Source: a virus
Taxonomy: Duplodnaviria; Heunggongvirae; Uroviricota; Caudoviricetes
Length of the DNA stretch: 64,000 nt
Direction: 5' to 3' (one strand)
IMG/VR virus record: IMGVR_UViG_3300029904_000001
Coordinates: 64,001-128,000 of that record
The notes under the pieces were generated by a model. That model was given only the letters and a program-made list of their open reading frames with translations, did not search any database and had not been told where the DNA came from. Shown piece by piece: positions 19,293-31,600 of the stretch (the first letter of the stretch is position 1; each line of letters opens with the position of its first letter). Position numbers and translations under genes: made by a program.

Positions 19293-22266
19293 TACAATAA
19301 CGTTAGAAGAATTTAAAGATATTTGTAACTACTTGCTCGATAATAATAGGAGACTTGTAGATGAAGGTAAAAATCCGACTGCCGTTGGTGTAATAGGAGA
19401 AGCTGGATTAGGTAAAACCTCGGTTATACAGCAAATAGCTGAAGAAAGAGGTATGACGTTTGTTAAATTAAATCTTAGTGAGCTTGAAGAGGTCTCAGAT
19501 CTTACTGGTTTCCCCATTAAGGAGTATAAGCTTAGAGTAAAGAATTCTGAAGGCAAATTTGTTGATACCTGGGTTGCACATGACCTTTTAGACTTATATC
19601 TTCGTTCAGCTTGTGAGGATTTTGAGTTAACAGATCAAGTTAGAATGAGTTACGCTACTCCAGCTTGGCTTCCAAGAGAAGAAAATGAGAATGGTACTAT
19701 CCTGCTACTTGATGATTATTCGCGTAAAATTAAATAAAAATCTCAACAAAAATCATCAAGAAATATTTGTTTATTTTAAAATTTTGTGTATCTTTGCATA
19801 ATTAACCAAATAAAAATATTAATTATGTGAAAATTAACAAAAGAAAATTTAAAATTACCAGAAGTTAAAGGTAAATCTGGAGTTTATCGATTCTGGTGTA
19901 ATGATCATTCCTACATTGGAAGTGCAAAAGAATTTAAACATAGATTATCTACCCATATAAATACTATGAAGCGTGGTACACATCATAATCACACCGTTCA
20001 AAATGTATTTAATAAATATGGATTAGATTTATTTACGTTTGAAATTTTAGAATATTGTCCAATTGAAGATTTATTGGTTAGAGAAACATACTATATTAAA
20101 ACTCTCAAACCAGACATGAATCATATTTTAGATGCAGTAAGAATAGAACGAGATCAAGAGACTATCGAAAGAACAAGAATTTCACAATTAAAATATTATG
20201 AAACACATCGTCCAACTAATATTAAAAAGGTTTACCAGTACGATTTAGATGGAAATTATTTAAATGAATATGATTCAATTGTTGATGCTGCCAAATCTAT
20301 TGGAACTAATAAACACGGATCGATTTCACAATGTTGTAATGGAAAAACCAAAACGGCAAATGGATATCGATGGAGTTTTAAGAAATACTCACAATTGCCA
20401 AAATTAGTTAAAAATTGTAAATTTAAAACAATTTATCAATTGGATAGTAATAAAAAATTAGTTGGAATATGATACAAATTAACTGATATTGAACGTGATT
20501 TGCATATTATGCGAAATACAATAAAACTTTATTTAAATAAAGATGAATTATATAAAACTTGTTATTGGACAACTATTCCTCCAGAAGATTTAACTATCGA
20601 ACCAGGAATAAATCCGGTTTTAACTTTACCAGAATTCATCCCAAATTTAAAAGCTTCAGTAAAAGTTTATCAATATGATTTAGATGGAAACTATATCGCT
20701 GAATTTCCCTCTGCTGCAGAAGCAGATAGACAAATGGGAGCTACATCAATAGGAGCAGTTTCTAGTGCTGCTAGAGAGGATACAAATAATAAAACAGCGT
20801 TTGGATATCAATGAAGTTATAAAAAAGCAGATAAAATACCACCTTACGTTAATAATAGTTCAAAAGCAAAAATTGTATCTATTTATATATTTGATATTTT
20901 TAACAATAAACATCTTCAATTCGAAAGTATCGCAGAAGCTGTAAGAAATTTAACAAATAATGATAATTTTGACTCAGATTGTGCTACCATGTCTAGTTGT
21001 GCTAAATTAGGTGCGATATTCAAGTGCAAATATTTAGTTAGTTATTCGTCTGATTTCAAACTTCCAAAACGTAAAACAATTATTTATAATTCACTTCAAG
21101 ATACATTTTATTCTAATGCTAAAGTTGCAGCGGAACAAAACCATCTATCAGAATATAAAATTAAACAAAGTTGCATAGATCAAAATAATGTTGAGTGGGT
21201 CTATGTAGTCGATTGTGCGCGAAAAAAACTCAGTGAATCTGGAAAACTCCTTGAAGAAGGACAATCCTAATCCAAGCTTTGTAGAAATACAATGAAGGAT
21301 CAACGACTAGATAAAGTAATCTGACCGAGTGGTGTCGAAGATGAAATATCCACGAGTGCTGAGCAACAATTTATACTTACCGAAGTTAAACGATTGTTGA
21401 AGAGATAGTCTGAACTATATAGTAATATATAGAAGTATCAGATAAAGAACTGGTACGATAACAATACTAAAATGGCAAATTCTTTGTTTATGCAAGCTGT
21501 AATGGAACTCATCTATACAGGCAAATATATTAGTTGGAAATTACCTAAATATACTTCCGTGATGCTGAGTTCAAATCCTGATGACGGCTCATATCAAGTA
21601 AGTTCTCTTGATGCTGCACAAATGTCAAGAATGGTTAACTTTCCAATTAAATTTGATATTAAGGTTTGGGCCGCGTGGGGAGAAAAAGCACAATTAGATA
21701 ATAGGGCTCTAAATTTTGCTCTAATGTATTCTAATGAAATATTTGAACAAGAAAACAATCGCACAATTAATCCTCGTTCTTATACTACTTTCTGTAATGC
21801 TATTTCTGGATTAAAGGATTGGTCTAATACTAAGGATTTAGCAATGATATTAAATATAGCTAAAGGATGTTTTGATGATAAAGATAACATTGTTGGAAAT
21901 CTATTTACTATGTTTATAGCTAATAAATTGGATAAACTTATATCTCCAGAAAGATTGTTAACAGGTGATTGGAAAGAAGTAAGTGAAGAAATAAAACAAT
22001 GTGTGTATGATGAACATGGAAATTATCGTCCAGATATAGCAAGTGTTTTATCTACAAGACTTCTTAATTATACGAGTTATTATTTTGAGCAAAAAGGTTC
22101 TAAATCAGATTCAGTTCAAAAACGATTACTAGAAATTATCGATTCTCCAGAAATGCTATTTTCTGAAGATTTAATATATAATGTAATTAAACAACTTGCT
22201 ACTAATTATGCTAGTAGAATGAATAAAGTTATTATACATCCAAAAATTCGTAAAAAATTATTATAA
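19282..22266 (+). CDS. MoxR-like AAA+ ATPase (411 aa after splicing)
   Basis: Exons 19282-19725 and 21475-22266. Walker A GEAGLGKTS. Splicing joins Walker B LLLDDYSR to ANSLFMQAVMELI. Also SSNPDD and the Arg-finger SRM. Confidence 0.9.
19767..19797 (+). promoter_or_regulatory. Intron-internal Bacteroidota-type promoter for the GIY-YIG gene
   Basis: TTTG at 19767-19770, 19-nt spacer, TATCTTTG at 19790-19797. Confidence 0.7.
19825..21270 (+). CDS. Intron-encoded GIY-YIG homing endonuclease with NUMOD1-type repeats (481 aa with TGA=Trp)
   Basis: Begins ATG-TGA-AAA at 19825. Motifs SGVYRF..SYIGSA, and repeats VYQYDLDGNY. Three track ORFs share this frame. Confidence 0.87.
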
Positions 22267-23252
22267 TGAGAGATATTATAACAAATAAATTATATTTAAA
22301 TTTTGTAACATCTTCTAGAAGAAGTCATCTTAACAAATCTGCAAGTTTATCCGAAATAAGGTCTCAACATGAAGAAAGATTTGGAAGATGGGAGAGTTAT
22401 GGTTATCCAAATGTGTCTTTTAAAGATGTAAACGATAAACTTAATTCATTATTAATAACTGGTCTTTCAAGTATTAATCGTTCTGCTACTTTATATTTTG
22501 ATAAGTCTTGTACTTTTCCTAGATATAAACTTCAAGGTACGGATTTTAAACGTTGTATTAAATTAGATAAAGCAGATTATATTGTTATTCCGGATATTAA
22601 AAAATTCAGACTATATGATGTCCCTGCCTCTTTTGATTATATGCTAACAATAGACGATAATATTTATTTATATAGTAATAGTTTTTATGAATATTACGAT
22701 GAATTAAAACAAGGAGTTTCTAGTAATATTACACATTTTTTAGAGTGTTATTCACAATCTGCATTAACAACAGTTATAAGTATTGCACTGGAATATAATA
22801 AACCATTGATTTATGAAGCTGATTTAGATAAAATTATATCTAAAGATCTAGAAAAATTGGATGATGAATCATTAATGTCTATTTTTGAAATGATGAGTTC
22901 ACAAGATGAAACATCTATCGAACTAGGATGTAAATTACTAGCTTCTTATGATGTTTATGAAACTAAGTTAGCGTCCGCTATGTTACTATTTTTAACTCAA
23001 AAGAATTGGATTAGAAATAAAGGTGCTAAATCTGTAAGTTTTAAATCTATGCTTCAAAATCTTAAATATCCACATTACGGATTCTCAAATGTAGACTATA
23101 TATTTCAAAATTTTCCAATTTCTTCTGATAAAGATAAACATTTAGCACAACTATTAGTAGAACCTTGGATTAAACAAATAATAGAAGAAGCGACACAGTT
23201 TAAGATTGAAAAGTGTCCGTTTAAAATTGAATTAAATATAGAAATTGAATAA
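22266..23252 (+). CDS. Hypothetical protein coupled to the MoxR ATPase (328 aa)
   Basis: TAATG 1-nt overlap with the AAA gene; no confident motif. Confidence 0.75.
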   Translation: MRDIITNKLYLNFVTSSRRSHLNKSASLSEIRSQHEERFGRWESYGYPNVSFKDVNDKLNSLLITGLSSINRSATLYFDKSCTFPRYKLQGTDFKRCIKLDKADYIVIPDIKKFRLYDVPASFDYMLTIDDNIYLYSNSFYEYYDELKQGVSSNITHFLECYSQSALTTVISIALEYNKPLIYEADLDKIISKDLEKLDDESLMSIFEMMSSQDETSIELGCKLLASYDVYETKLASAMLLFLTQKNWIRNKGAKSVSFKSMLQNLKYPHYGFSNVDYIFQNFPISSDKDKHLAQLLVEPWIKQIIEEATQFKIEKCPFKIELNIEIE

Positions 23253-23964
23253 TGTAATTGCCATCAGTGGGTTAAAAAATTCGGGTAAAGACACAACAGC
23301 GTCAATGCTTGAATTTCTTTTAAATACTCCAAAAATATTTCATTCTTATTTCTGGTTTAAACACAAATATTTAGTTCCTAAAAAACATAATTATAAAACA
23401 GTAGCTTTTGCTGATCCAATTAAAGAAATGTTATCTAGTTTCTTAAATATGGATAGAAAAGAATTTGAATCTAGAGATATTAAAGAACATTATTTAATAA
23501 ATTTTGCAACTTTTGATCAAGTTTACGATAAAGCTGCATATTGTGATGTATATAAAACACTTCCAGATTCTAAATTTGCTAAGTTGGCAAAAGAATGAAA
23601 TCCAGAATTATCTAAACAATATTTTTTATCTATAAGACAGATTATGCAGTTGTTTGGAACTGAAATAATGCGTAATCGATTAGATGATAAAATTTGGATT
23701 AACTGTATTTTAGGAAGAGCACAAAATCAAAATATTATTATTTCTGATTTAAGATTTGTAACAGAATTTGAAGAAATAAAGAAAAGAAATGGATTTGTTA
23801 TTTATATAGATAGAGGATTAACTCCCGGATCACATAAAAGTGAGTCGGAAATGCAAACTCTTTTAGATCAAAATAAATTTGATTTGATTATAGATAATAA
23901 AGATATTTCTCTAAAAGAATTATTTAATAAAATAAAGAATAATTTAAATATAATACTAACTTAA
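23245..23964 (+). CDS. Deoxynucleoside monophosphate kinase (239 aa with TGA=Trp)
   Basis: Motifs ISGLKNSGKDT, AFADPIK, RQIMQLFGTE, ISDLRF..E. Joined through TGA at 23596. Confidence 0.85.
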
Positions 23965-23975
23965 ATAAATAAGAA

Positions 23976-24016
23976 AAGCCCTAGGTGTCGTAATGACGCT
24001 TAGGGCTTATTTTTTT
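23976..24016. terminator. Bidirectional intrinsic terminator at the strand convergence
   Basis: AAGCCCTAGGTGTC-GTAAT-GACGCTTAGGGCTT with a T run on the right and an A-rich run on the left. Confidence 0.85.
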
Positions 24017-27000
24017 AATTTTCTCAGGTTCTAACCATACCTTGAAATTCTCTTACGGCTCCAATATTACTTGTAACAGCTCTTGCTAAAGTCATATCAC
24101 CAGTAATCAATCCAATTGATGTATCAACTAATTTCTTCATTGAACTAATTAAAGGAGGATTAACATCAGAGAACATATCCATAACAATTTGAGTAAATGG
24201 ACCATCTTGAAATGCTCCCATTGCTACTTTGTATGATCATTGTGTTCACCAATTTTCATCTCTAATTTCTTGACGAGTTTTTGATTTACTTAGAATGTTT
24301 TCTTGACCAATCGCAGTAGAGAATAAAGCATTAATTATTAACATAATAATAGAAGCTAAAACCATATCGTTTAAAGCTAATATTAAGTTAGCTTTTTTCA
24401 TAGGGTCTTTAATTATCTCTCTAAGTTCTTGTCCATCCATATTTCTAATGGCTTTTGCAAATGACATAGTGGATTGTCACATACCTTCCATAGGAGCACC
24501 CTCTCATCTCATATAAGGTTCATAATTTCCAGATTTTTTATCTTCTTCTGTTAATTGTGATTCTCTTATAATGGTTCGAGTTGGGATTCCAATATTATTC
24601 CCATCTTTATAGTCAACTTTGATATAAAGTTTTTCTTTAGTTACAGGATCATATTGTTGTTTTAATAATTCCGTATTATATATACCAGGCTTCATTACCC
24701 ATTGCTCTAATTTTGCCGTAATGAATGTTTTATATTGCAAGAAAAAAGAACCTATAAAAGTATCATTAATCAATGCTCTAGATTCATCATCATAGTGTCC
24801 GTATAATAAGTCAGCAAAATTTTTAAATGTTTGTTGTTCTCTTGGTGGATAAGCTATTGGAAGATCATCTCCCTCTTGATATTGTGTGCCATCTTCTTTT
24901 GTATATCCAATACGATTATATTCACGAATGTAATTTAAATATAATGCACGTTGTTCAAAATATGCTGGGTCATCTGTCTTATTATTAACATATGCTTCAA
25001 ATCGTTTATCTTTTTTTCAATCATATTTTAACACTCCATCTTTATCTAAAGAATGTGCCTCTCACGATCCATCTTGCATCATTTTACCTACCAAAATAGA
25101 CATTCTATGTTGAAAATCAGGTGCAGAAGATGTTCAGAACAAAGTATCTGTACTTCAATTACGAATTCCAAATCTATTAATTTTTCTTTGTCTAGCTAAA
25201 TTAGATAAAGACATATTGGCCATACCATATTGAGTGTTTAATTGCTGTAATAGACTTACGGATGAAAAATTTTTATGTGCTTCTTTAATAACATGGCCAG
25301 CACCAGCTATATAGTGTTTTGCATCCAAGCCATCAATCAGTTTAACTCCAGAACGTGTAAATCCAATAAATGTACCTTGTAATAACTCTCTAAACATTGA
25401 ATTGAAGTTTAAACCAAGAGTCATCATAGAGAATCCTTTTTTAAGTAAATTTAAATATCTTCAAACAGCACGTAAATCTTCTTTCATGATAGGCTCTCCA
25501 TAAAACTTACTATCTAAGAATTTATCAAACGTTTCTAAGATTGCTTCATTCTTTTGTTTACCGTATTGTTGTGCATGTTGAAGTGATAAACGCATAGCTT
25601 GAAAAGTTGGAACATATTTTTTAGATAAATCTTCTTTAACATAAGCAGTTAATGCTTGATTAAATACTTCCTCAACATCCATACTAAAAAATCCAACACC
25701 GTGATCTTTTAATTTTTGAGCACGTGTATCGCTATCTAGTCGAAATTTATTATATACAGAATTAGCTTTTACTCTTTGAACAACTTTTGATATACCTTTT
25801 TTATCTTCATCTTCGGCAAACACTCCTTCGTGTAACGTTTGATATTCTTTTCATTTATTTTTAAACGCTTGTTTAACACTTAATCTACGAGCTTGTTGAC
25901 CAAATCTAGCTTCTGTTAAAGGAATTTCAAATAATGTTTCATCGTCGTTATCTCACATTTCTTGAATTGCTTCATCAGTAAAGCCTCGAAGTTTTGCCAT
26001 TACATTAATAAATTCTATAATAGCGGCTTTAGCTTTTGGTTGTGCATTAAATTCAGCAGAATATGGGTTTTTAATTAAAAATTTTGGATTTATTTCTCCA
26101 TTGGGTAAAGTTCTAAACCAAGATTCAAATAATTTATCATTTACTAAATGTGGATTTTTAGCTTGTTCTTCATCTATATAAGCTCTAACTAAACCTTGAA
26201 ATTTTTGTCCCATTATTTGAACTTTATTTCTTACTTCAGCTACGTATTGATCGTGTACTTGAGCTAAAATTCTAATATTTGCAGATGGAGAATACTGACC
26301 AGCTGATATTTGTAATCCACTAAGATTTATGTTAGAATTAGCAAATATCTCTCCTGGTGACATTTCATTTACTGTATATAATCCTTTAAGAGCCAATAGA
26401 GCTTTAGTTAAATACAAATAAGCTTGTCACACTGGAGAAGTTTCACTGAACATTTCTTCATTGTGTAATTCTGGATGCTTTGATTTTAGCTCTTTAATTT
26501 TATCAGAAATTCACTGTTCGTTATATCCAGCACTTTGAGCATTTGGAACTAATTGAAAATCAATTCAACCAGTATCAAGAGTTTCCATTTTAGAATAAGC
26601 AATACTAAGTAATCCTGTAACATCATCCCAAAATAAATCATCGTTTACTTGTTTTAAATCTAATTCAGGATTCTGCATTACTATCATATTTCAATTATGG
26701 ATAGCACTTGAATTTAACATTGAAACCATACGATTGTGATCAGATCAAGGATTTATAGCTCTGATTTCAGCAATACGAAACTGTTTAAACATATCTGAAT
26801 GCTCAGAAATATAATACATTGCTTTCATGATTTCAATGTTACCATAATTAGCATCGAAAATTTCTTTTGAATTGACGTTAGCGTTAGCTACTTTTTTACC
26901 TAATAAACTAGTGCCCATTCCAAGATTTAAAGTTTGTAACAACTGTTGATTTGTTAACATTAATATCTCAGAAACTCCATTACGTCTAAAGATAAAAAAT

Positions 27001-28607
27001 CCTAAAGAATTTAAATTATCATCTTGAATAAAATCCCAACCTTCATCAAAATACCGTTTTAATTCATGTGTAATAAAAGCTCTATTTTCTGCAGGAAACG
27101 AATCAGCAATATTTTCTCAATTTAATTCTTCTTTAAATACATCTCGAATATTATCTGCAAAAACACGTAATTCATTAGTACGAATATTATTTAAATCCTC
27201 AACGTATTTTTCAAGAGCTTGTTGTAACTCTTCTTCTGAACGAACATTAACCCATCTACGATTAGGTAAACCATTTGTTTTAAAACTATAACGATATCCT
27301 CCATTTTTTTCATTATATAAAGGACTATCTGGAGTTAATTTCTTTAATTGAATAACTTCTGGATGTTTCCTAAAATATTCTACTGAAGCCTCTCTTCTTT
27401 GTACATTACTTCTTAAATCAGAATTTGGAAATATTTCATTCATCTTTTCAACAGTTTTAATTGATTCTTCACTAGAAGATTCAATTTTAGCTGGAACCAT
27501 TGATATTCAATTATTATAATCACGTCCGTTTTTTGTTCCAGGAACATTATAAATAATAGGTGCTTGTGTAGCAGTAAAATCAAAAGTTTCTGTTCCGTCT
27601 GCTTGTTTAATTTTTCTAATACGTGATTTATCTACATTATCCCATTGTACGTCTAATTTAATTGGAATAATGTTACAAGATTTAGCCATTAATCCATACT
27701 GTCGTAATATAGCATTATAAGCTGCTAACTGATTGGTAGCTGAACGTTTCTTGGTTGAATGGACTAATTGATGTTTCTCACGTTCACGATTACTTTCTAT
27801 TATTCAATCTTCTCTTGTTCCAAAATTCTTTTTAGATACTTTATAATCAAATAAATGAATATCTCCAGACTGATCTACAATAATTAAATCGACTTTACCG
27901 TTTAAAGAATTGATACCAGCTTTTTCTAAAAGAACTTGAATTTCTGGTGCTAATTCTTTACTTTTAATCGCAAATTCTGTAAGAAACTTTGCGTTTTCTC
28001 CGTATTTTGCTTTAAATGTAGATTTTAAAGCTTGTGCTTGTACTGTAATGTTTTGAATTTGCTCACTAGATAAATATTTTAATTTAGGAATCTCTTTATC
28101 TGAAAAGACACACTCATATATTTTGTGGATATCTGTACCAAAATCTGTTAATTCAGGTCACAATTCTTCACTAAGTTCTGTTAATAATGCTTCGGCTTCA
28201 TCTGCTGTTTTTCCAACACGCATTAATTCTAATTTTTGCTTATTTTTCCATCCATTTAAATCAAATGGAGGACAAATAGGTTGAGATCAATCTCCAGCTA
28301 AACCATGTGTTGATATATATTTAGTAACACCCATTGAATTAGGGACTTTATATATAGTTTCTGATATTTCTGGATCTGAATCATCACGAAAAACTTCTAC
28401 TTGTACGTTTTCTACTGCAATTTTTGCTTCATTTAATTTTGCAATTGCTCCAGCCTGCATATCAACAGAAAGTGTTCTGTCTATTTTATCTATTTTGAAG
28501 TTATCTGTATTGGAGTTTAAGAAAGCATCCAAATCTTGTTCAGATTGGAATACTTTCTCTTCTCCATTTATATTTAATTTATATATACATCCTTTTCCTA
28601 ACCACAT
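24015..28607 (-). CDS. Large virion-associated protein with a RecB-like PD-(D/E)XK nuclease domain (~1530 aa with TGA=Trp)
   Basis: Ten track ORFs share one frame and end at TAA 24015-24017. Near 27700-28150: GTDIH...TEFAI...GKVDLIIVD...HLFDYK...NQLAAY. Confidence 0.8.
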
Positions 28608-28610
28608 AGT

Positions 28611-31600
28611 TTATGCTTTTGAACAATCTTCAGTTAAATTTTTATTTTTTACTAATATATCTTTAATAGTTGCTGCTTTTTGTGCTAATAAAATAAGATT
28701 TTTATCAATACTTTCTTTTCTATTGGCAGTAATAGTGTCCATTATTTCGCGTGTAATTTCCTGTATCGCTGTAGCAAATGTATAAGGTCCATTATTTACT
28801 TTATCTGTAAACTGTCTTACAAAATCATTTAAAGTAGCAACAATAGCTTGATTATCTAAACCTAAATCTATATCACTATATTGATATCCACGCATTTCCA
28901 TCTGCATTAGTTTTAACAACACCTCTTCTTGTAAATCCGAACCATGTTTATTTGGATAATAACTAGCAATTTCTTGGAATCTTGGACTTTCCATAACTGT
29001 ATTTAACATTTTATAATACTGTTCTGGAGTTCTCTGTTTAATAGTAGCTAATATACCATGACCGATTTCATGGAATAAATCAGTAGTATCTGCTTTAGCC
29101 ATATTAATATAAAATTCTCCATTTTCTATATAAGCAGATTCTTCTCCATTTGGATCATTAATTAAATGAAGATTGGTTAGATTATCATTAACATAATTTA
29201 CATAAGGCACTAATATATCAGCCGATGAAAAAATAGGTTGATAATAAGAATCAGTATCTACTGGTGTCTGAGTATCTACATCTTCTTTAACTACTATAAA
29301 GTTTCCATTTTCGTCAAATGGTAAATCAAAAGTGAAATACGCTGGATCATAAGTATAAGTATTAGGATCAGCTTTAATTTTTGAATTAGGTAGTTTAGAT
29401 AATCTATAATTAATATTTTGTAGGTTTATATTAATTTCACGTTTATTATTATCTAAATCTGCTATATACTGATAGAATCGATTTATTAAACTACTACTAT
29501 TTTTCGATAAAACTAAATTTTCAAACAATCTAGTAAACGAATCGTTTCCAAACGCATCTTTATTAACTATAAGATTATATAGATAAAATAAATCTGCGAT
29601 TTTTCATCCATTTATAGAATGATTTGCAATTGCATCAAAATCAGTTAATATGCCTTCATACATCGTTTGTGTTTGTTGTGATTCAGCAATATTCATCATT
29701 TGAAGAATCAATCTTCATTGAAATTTAGTTTTATTAGTTGCTTTATCTTCTTTTATAGCTCTTGTTAATGCCTGTACAAATTTATTACTATCTTTATATT
29801 TCGCAATAATCTCAGGAATAATTGATTCATCCATTAATTTTTTAAAATTCGCAATATTTATAACCGAATCAAGTTTTATTGGATCGGTAGTATCAGTAGC
29901 CTCAGCAAAATTATTAGGTGTGCTATTAATATATTTAAATCCTTTTGGAACTTGAATTTCTAATCCTAAAGACTTAATCCAATTAACAATAGTTTGATCG
30001 TATAGAGTATTACGAATAGTTTGAAACATTGTTTTATCGACACTTATATGTTTCTTAGGATTTTTAGCTTCATAATCCGCTTTTACACTTTTTATAATAT
30101 CTCTTTCTAATTCATAGATAAAACTAAATTGTTTAAGCATCGATTCTCCTAAACCAATTGTTCTAAACATCGCACTAAAATGAGGAACAGAATCGATAAC
30201 ATCTAAAATATTATATGTTACTTTGCCCGCGTTATATAACTCAATATAATCTTGTCTATATTTTGGATTAAAAGCAAATTGTTGTAAAGATATATAAGGA
30301 ACTTCATTAGGTATTTTGCCATTTATAAAATTTTCAATTCTATTAATATAAGCATAACGTTCTTGATCATTTGTTTTTTGACCTTGATTAATGCCTAACA
30401 TAGCACCTAAAGTTTCCATTTCTTTCATTGCTGGATAAATATTATCACGAATTTTTGTTAACATGATTAATTGTTGTTCATTGTTAGGTAAATTCTTTAA
30501 AAATATTCTTCTATCAGCAACTTTATGTAAATAGTTAATAACAGAATCTATTTCTGCCGATGTAGCAGGATTTAAAGCTAAATTTCTACCTTTAAATGCA
30601 GCTGGATTTTCTTGCATAGCTTGATTTACTTCATTAATAGCGTCACTTGAAACATGAACACCTTTTGCTCTCGCTATATATAATTTATCTAAAGCGGTAC
30701 GAAGATCTTGTTCATCTCTAATACGATCTTTTGCAAATCAAGCATTAGTTTCTGGAGATAATTTAAACTGATCTGCCAAAAGAGGGTTTTTATCTCGAAT
30801 ATTCTTTAAGATAATCGCTATTGATTTACTTGTATATTTAGCTTTATCATAATTTCTTGTTACTCGTTTTAAAGTATTTAAAATAATATCTGTCATTCCA
30901 GGAATTTGAGTTATTTGTTCTCAAGTATATTCTTTAACTGGAACAAATTCTTCAAATACTTTTTGATCAATGCCAGGAAATAAACTTTCATCAATATAAA
31001 AATCTAAGGCTGATTTTAAATCAAATCTTGATGTAGATTTATCAAAAATGTTTGTTTCAGTTAATTTAACTACTTCGTTAAATATTGGAGATTTCATTAT
31101 ATCAGCAATTTGTCCAAACGGAATTCCAATAGTTAATAAATAAGTATAAATATCAACAAACTTAGATGTAGCGTTGATTTTACTTAATATCAGCTCTTTA
31201 GCATTCGTGTGTGTTAACTTATACTCACGTATAAGATCAGACTATATCTTTGTGTATAATACACATTCGGTACTTCCGAAATATTCGTACTCCTTACGGA
31301 TAGTCGTTGCTCCTAGTTTATAAGTATATAAACTTTGGATCAGGATTGTCTCATTTGAGAGTTTCCCTGAGTTAGCCGATTATTTTATCCTACAGACTCT
31401 GCTAAAACATACGTCTAAAACATCAATTTAGAATCTGTAGCCGCCGATAACAAACTAGATAGCACTAAGGCACTATCTACTCGATTTGCTTTATCCTGTA
31501 GTATATGTAATAATGAAGATAAAGTAATAGGAGTAGCTCCTTTAGCTGGATCTCCAAATTGATCAGCAAACCGTGATTCAAATCTTACATTTAAACTATG

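Larger units (their letters stand above)
19726..21474 (+). mobile_element. Group I intron (1749 nt) with a GIY-YIG gene in the P1 loop
   Basis: Exon end TTCGCGT pairs with GCGCGAA at 21217-21223. P AATCTGGAAAA, Q GACAATCCTAATC, R ATCAACGACTA, S AAGAGATAGTCT. P3 CTCAG/CTGAG, P8 CAACAAT/ATTGTTG. Terminal G at 21474. Confidence 0.9.

Noticed and set aside
17205-21439. Repeated TATAGTAATATA sequences as a dispersed repeat family
   Set aside because: They are GTAA-tetraloop hairpins within the intron structures.
21472-21474. In-frame ATG formed by the terminal G of two introns (also 32267-32269), suggesting re-initiation on unspliced RNA
   Set aside because: Ending in AUG is common for phage group I introns (e.g. 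T4 td) and is expected by chance in AT-rich sequence. There is no further support.
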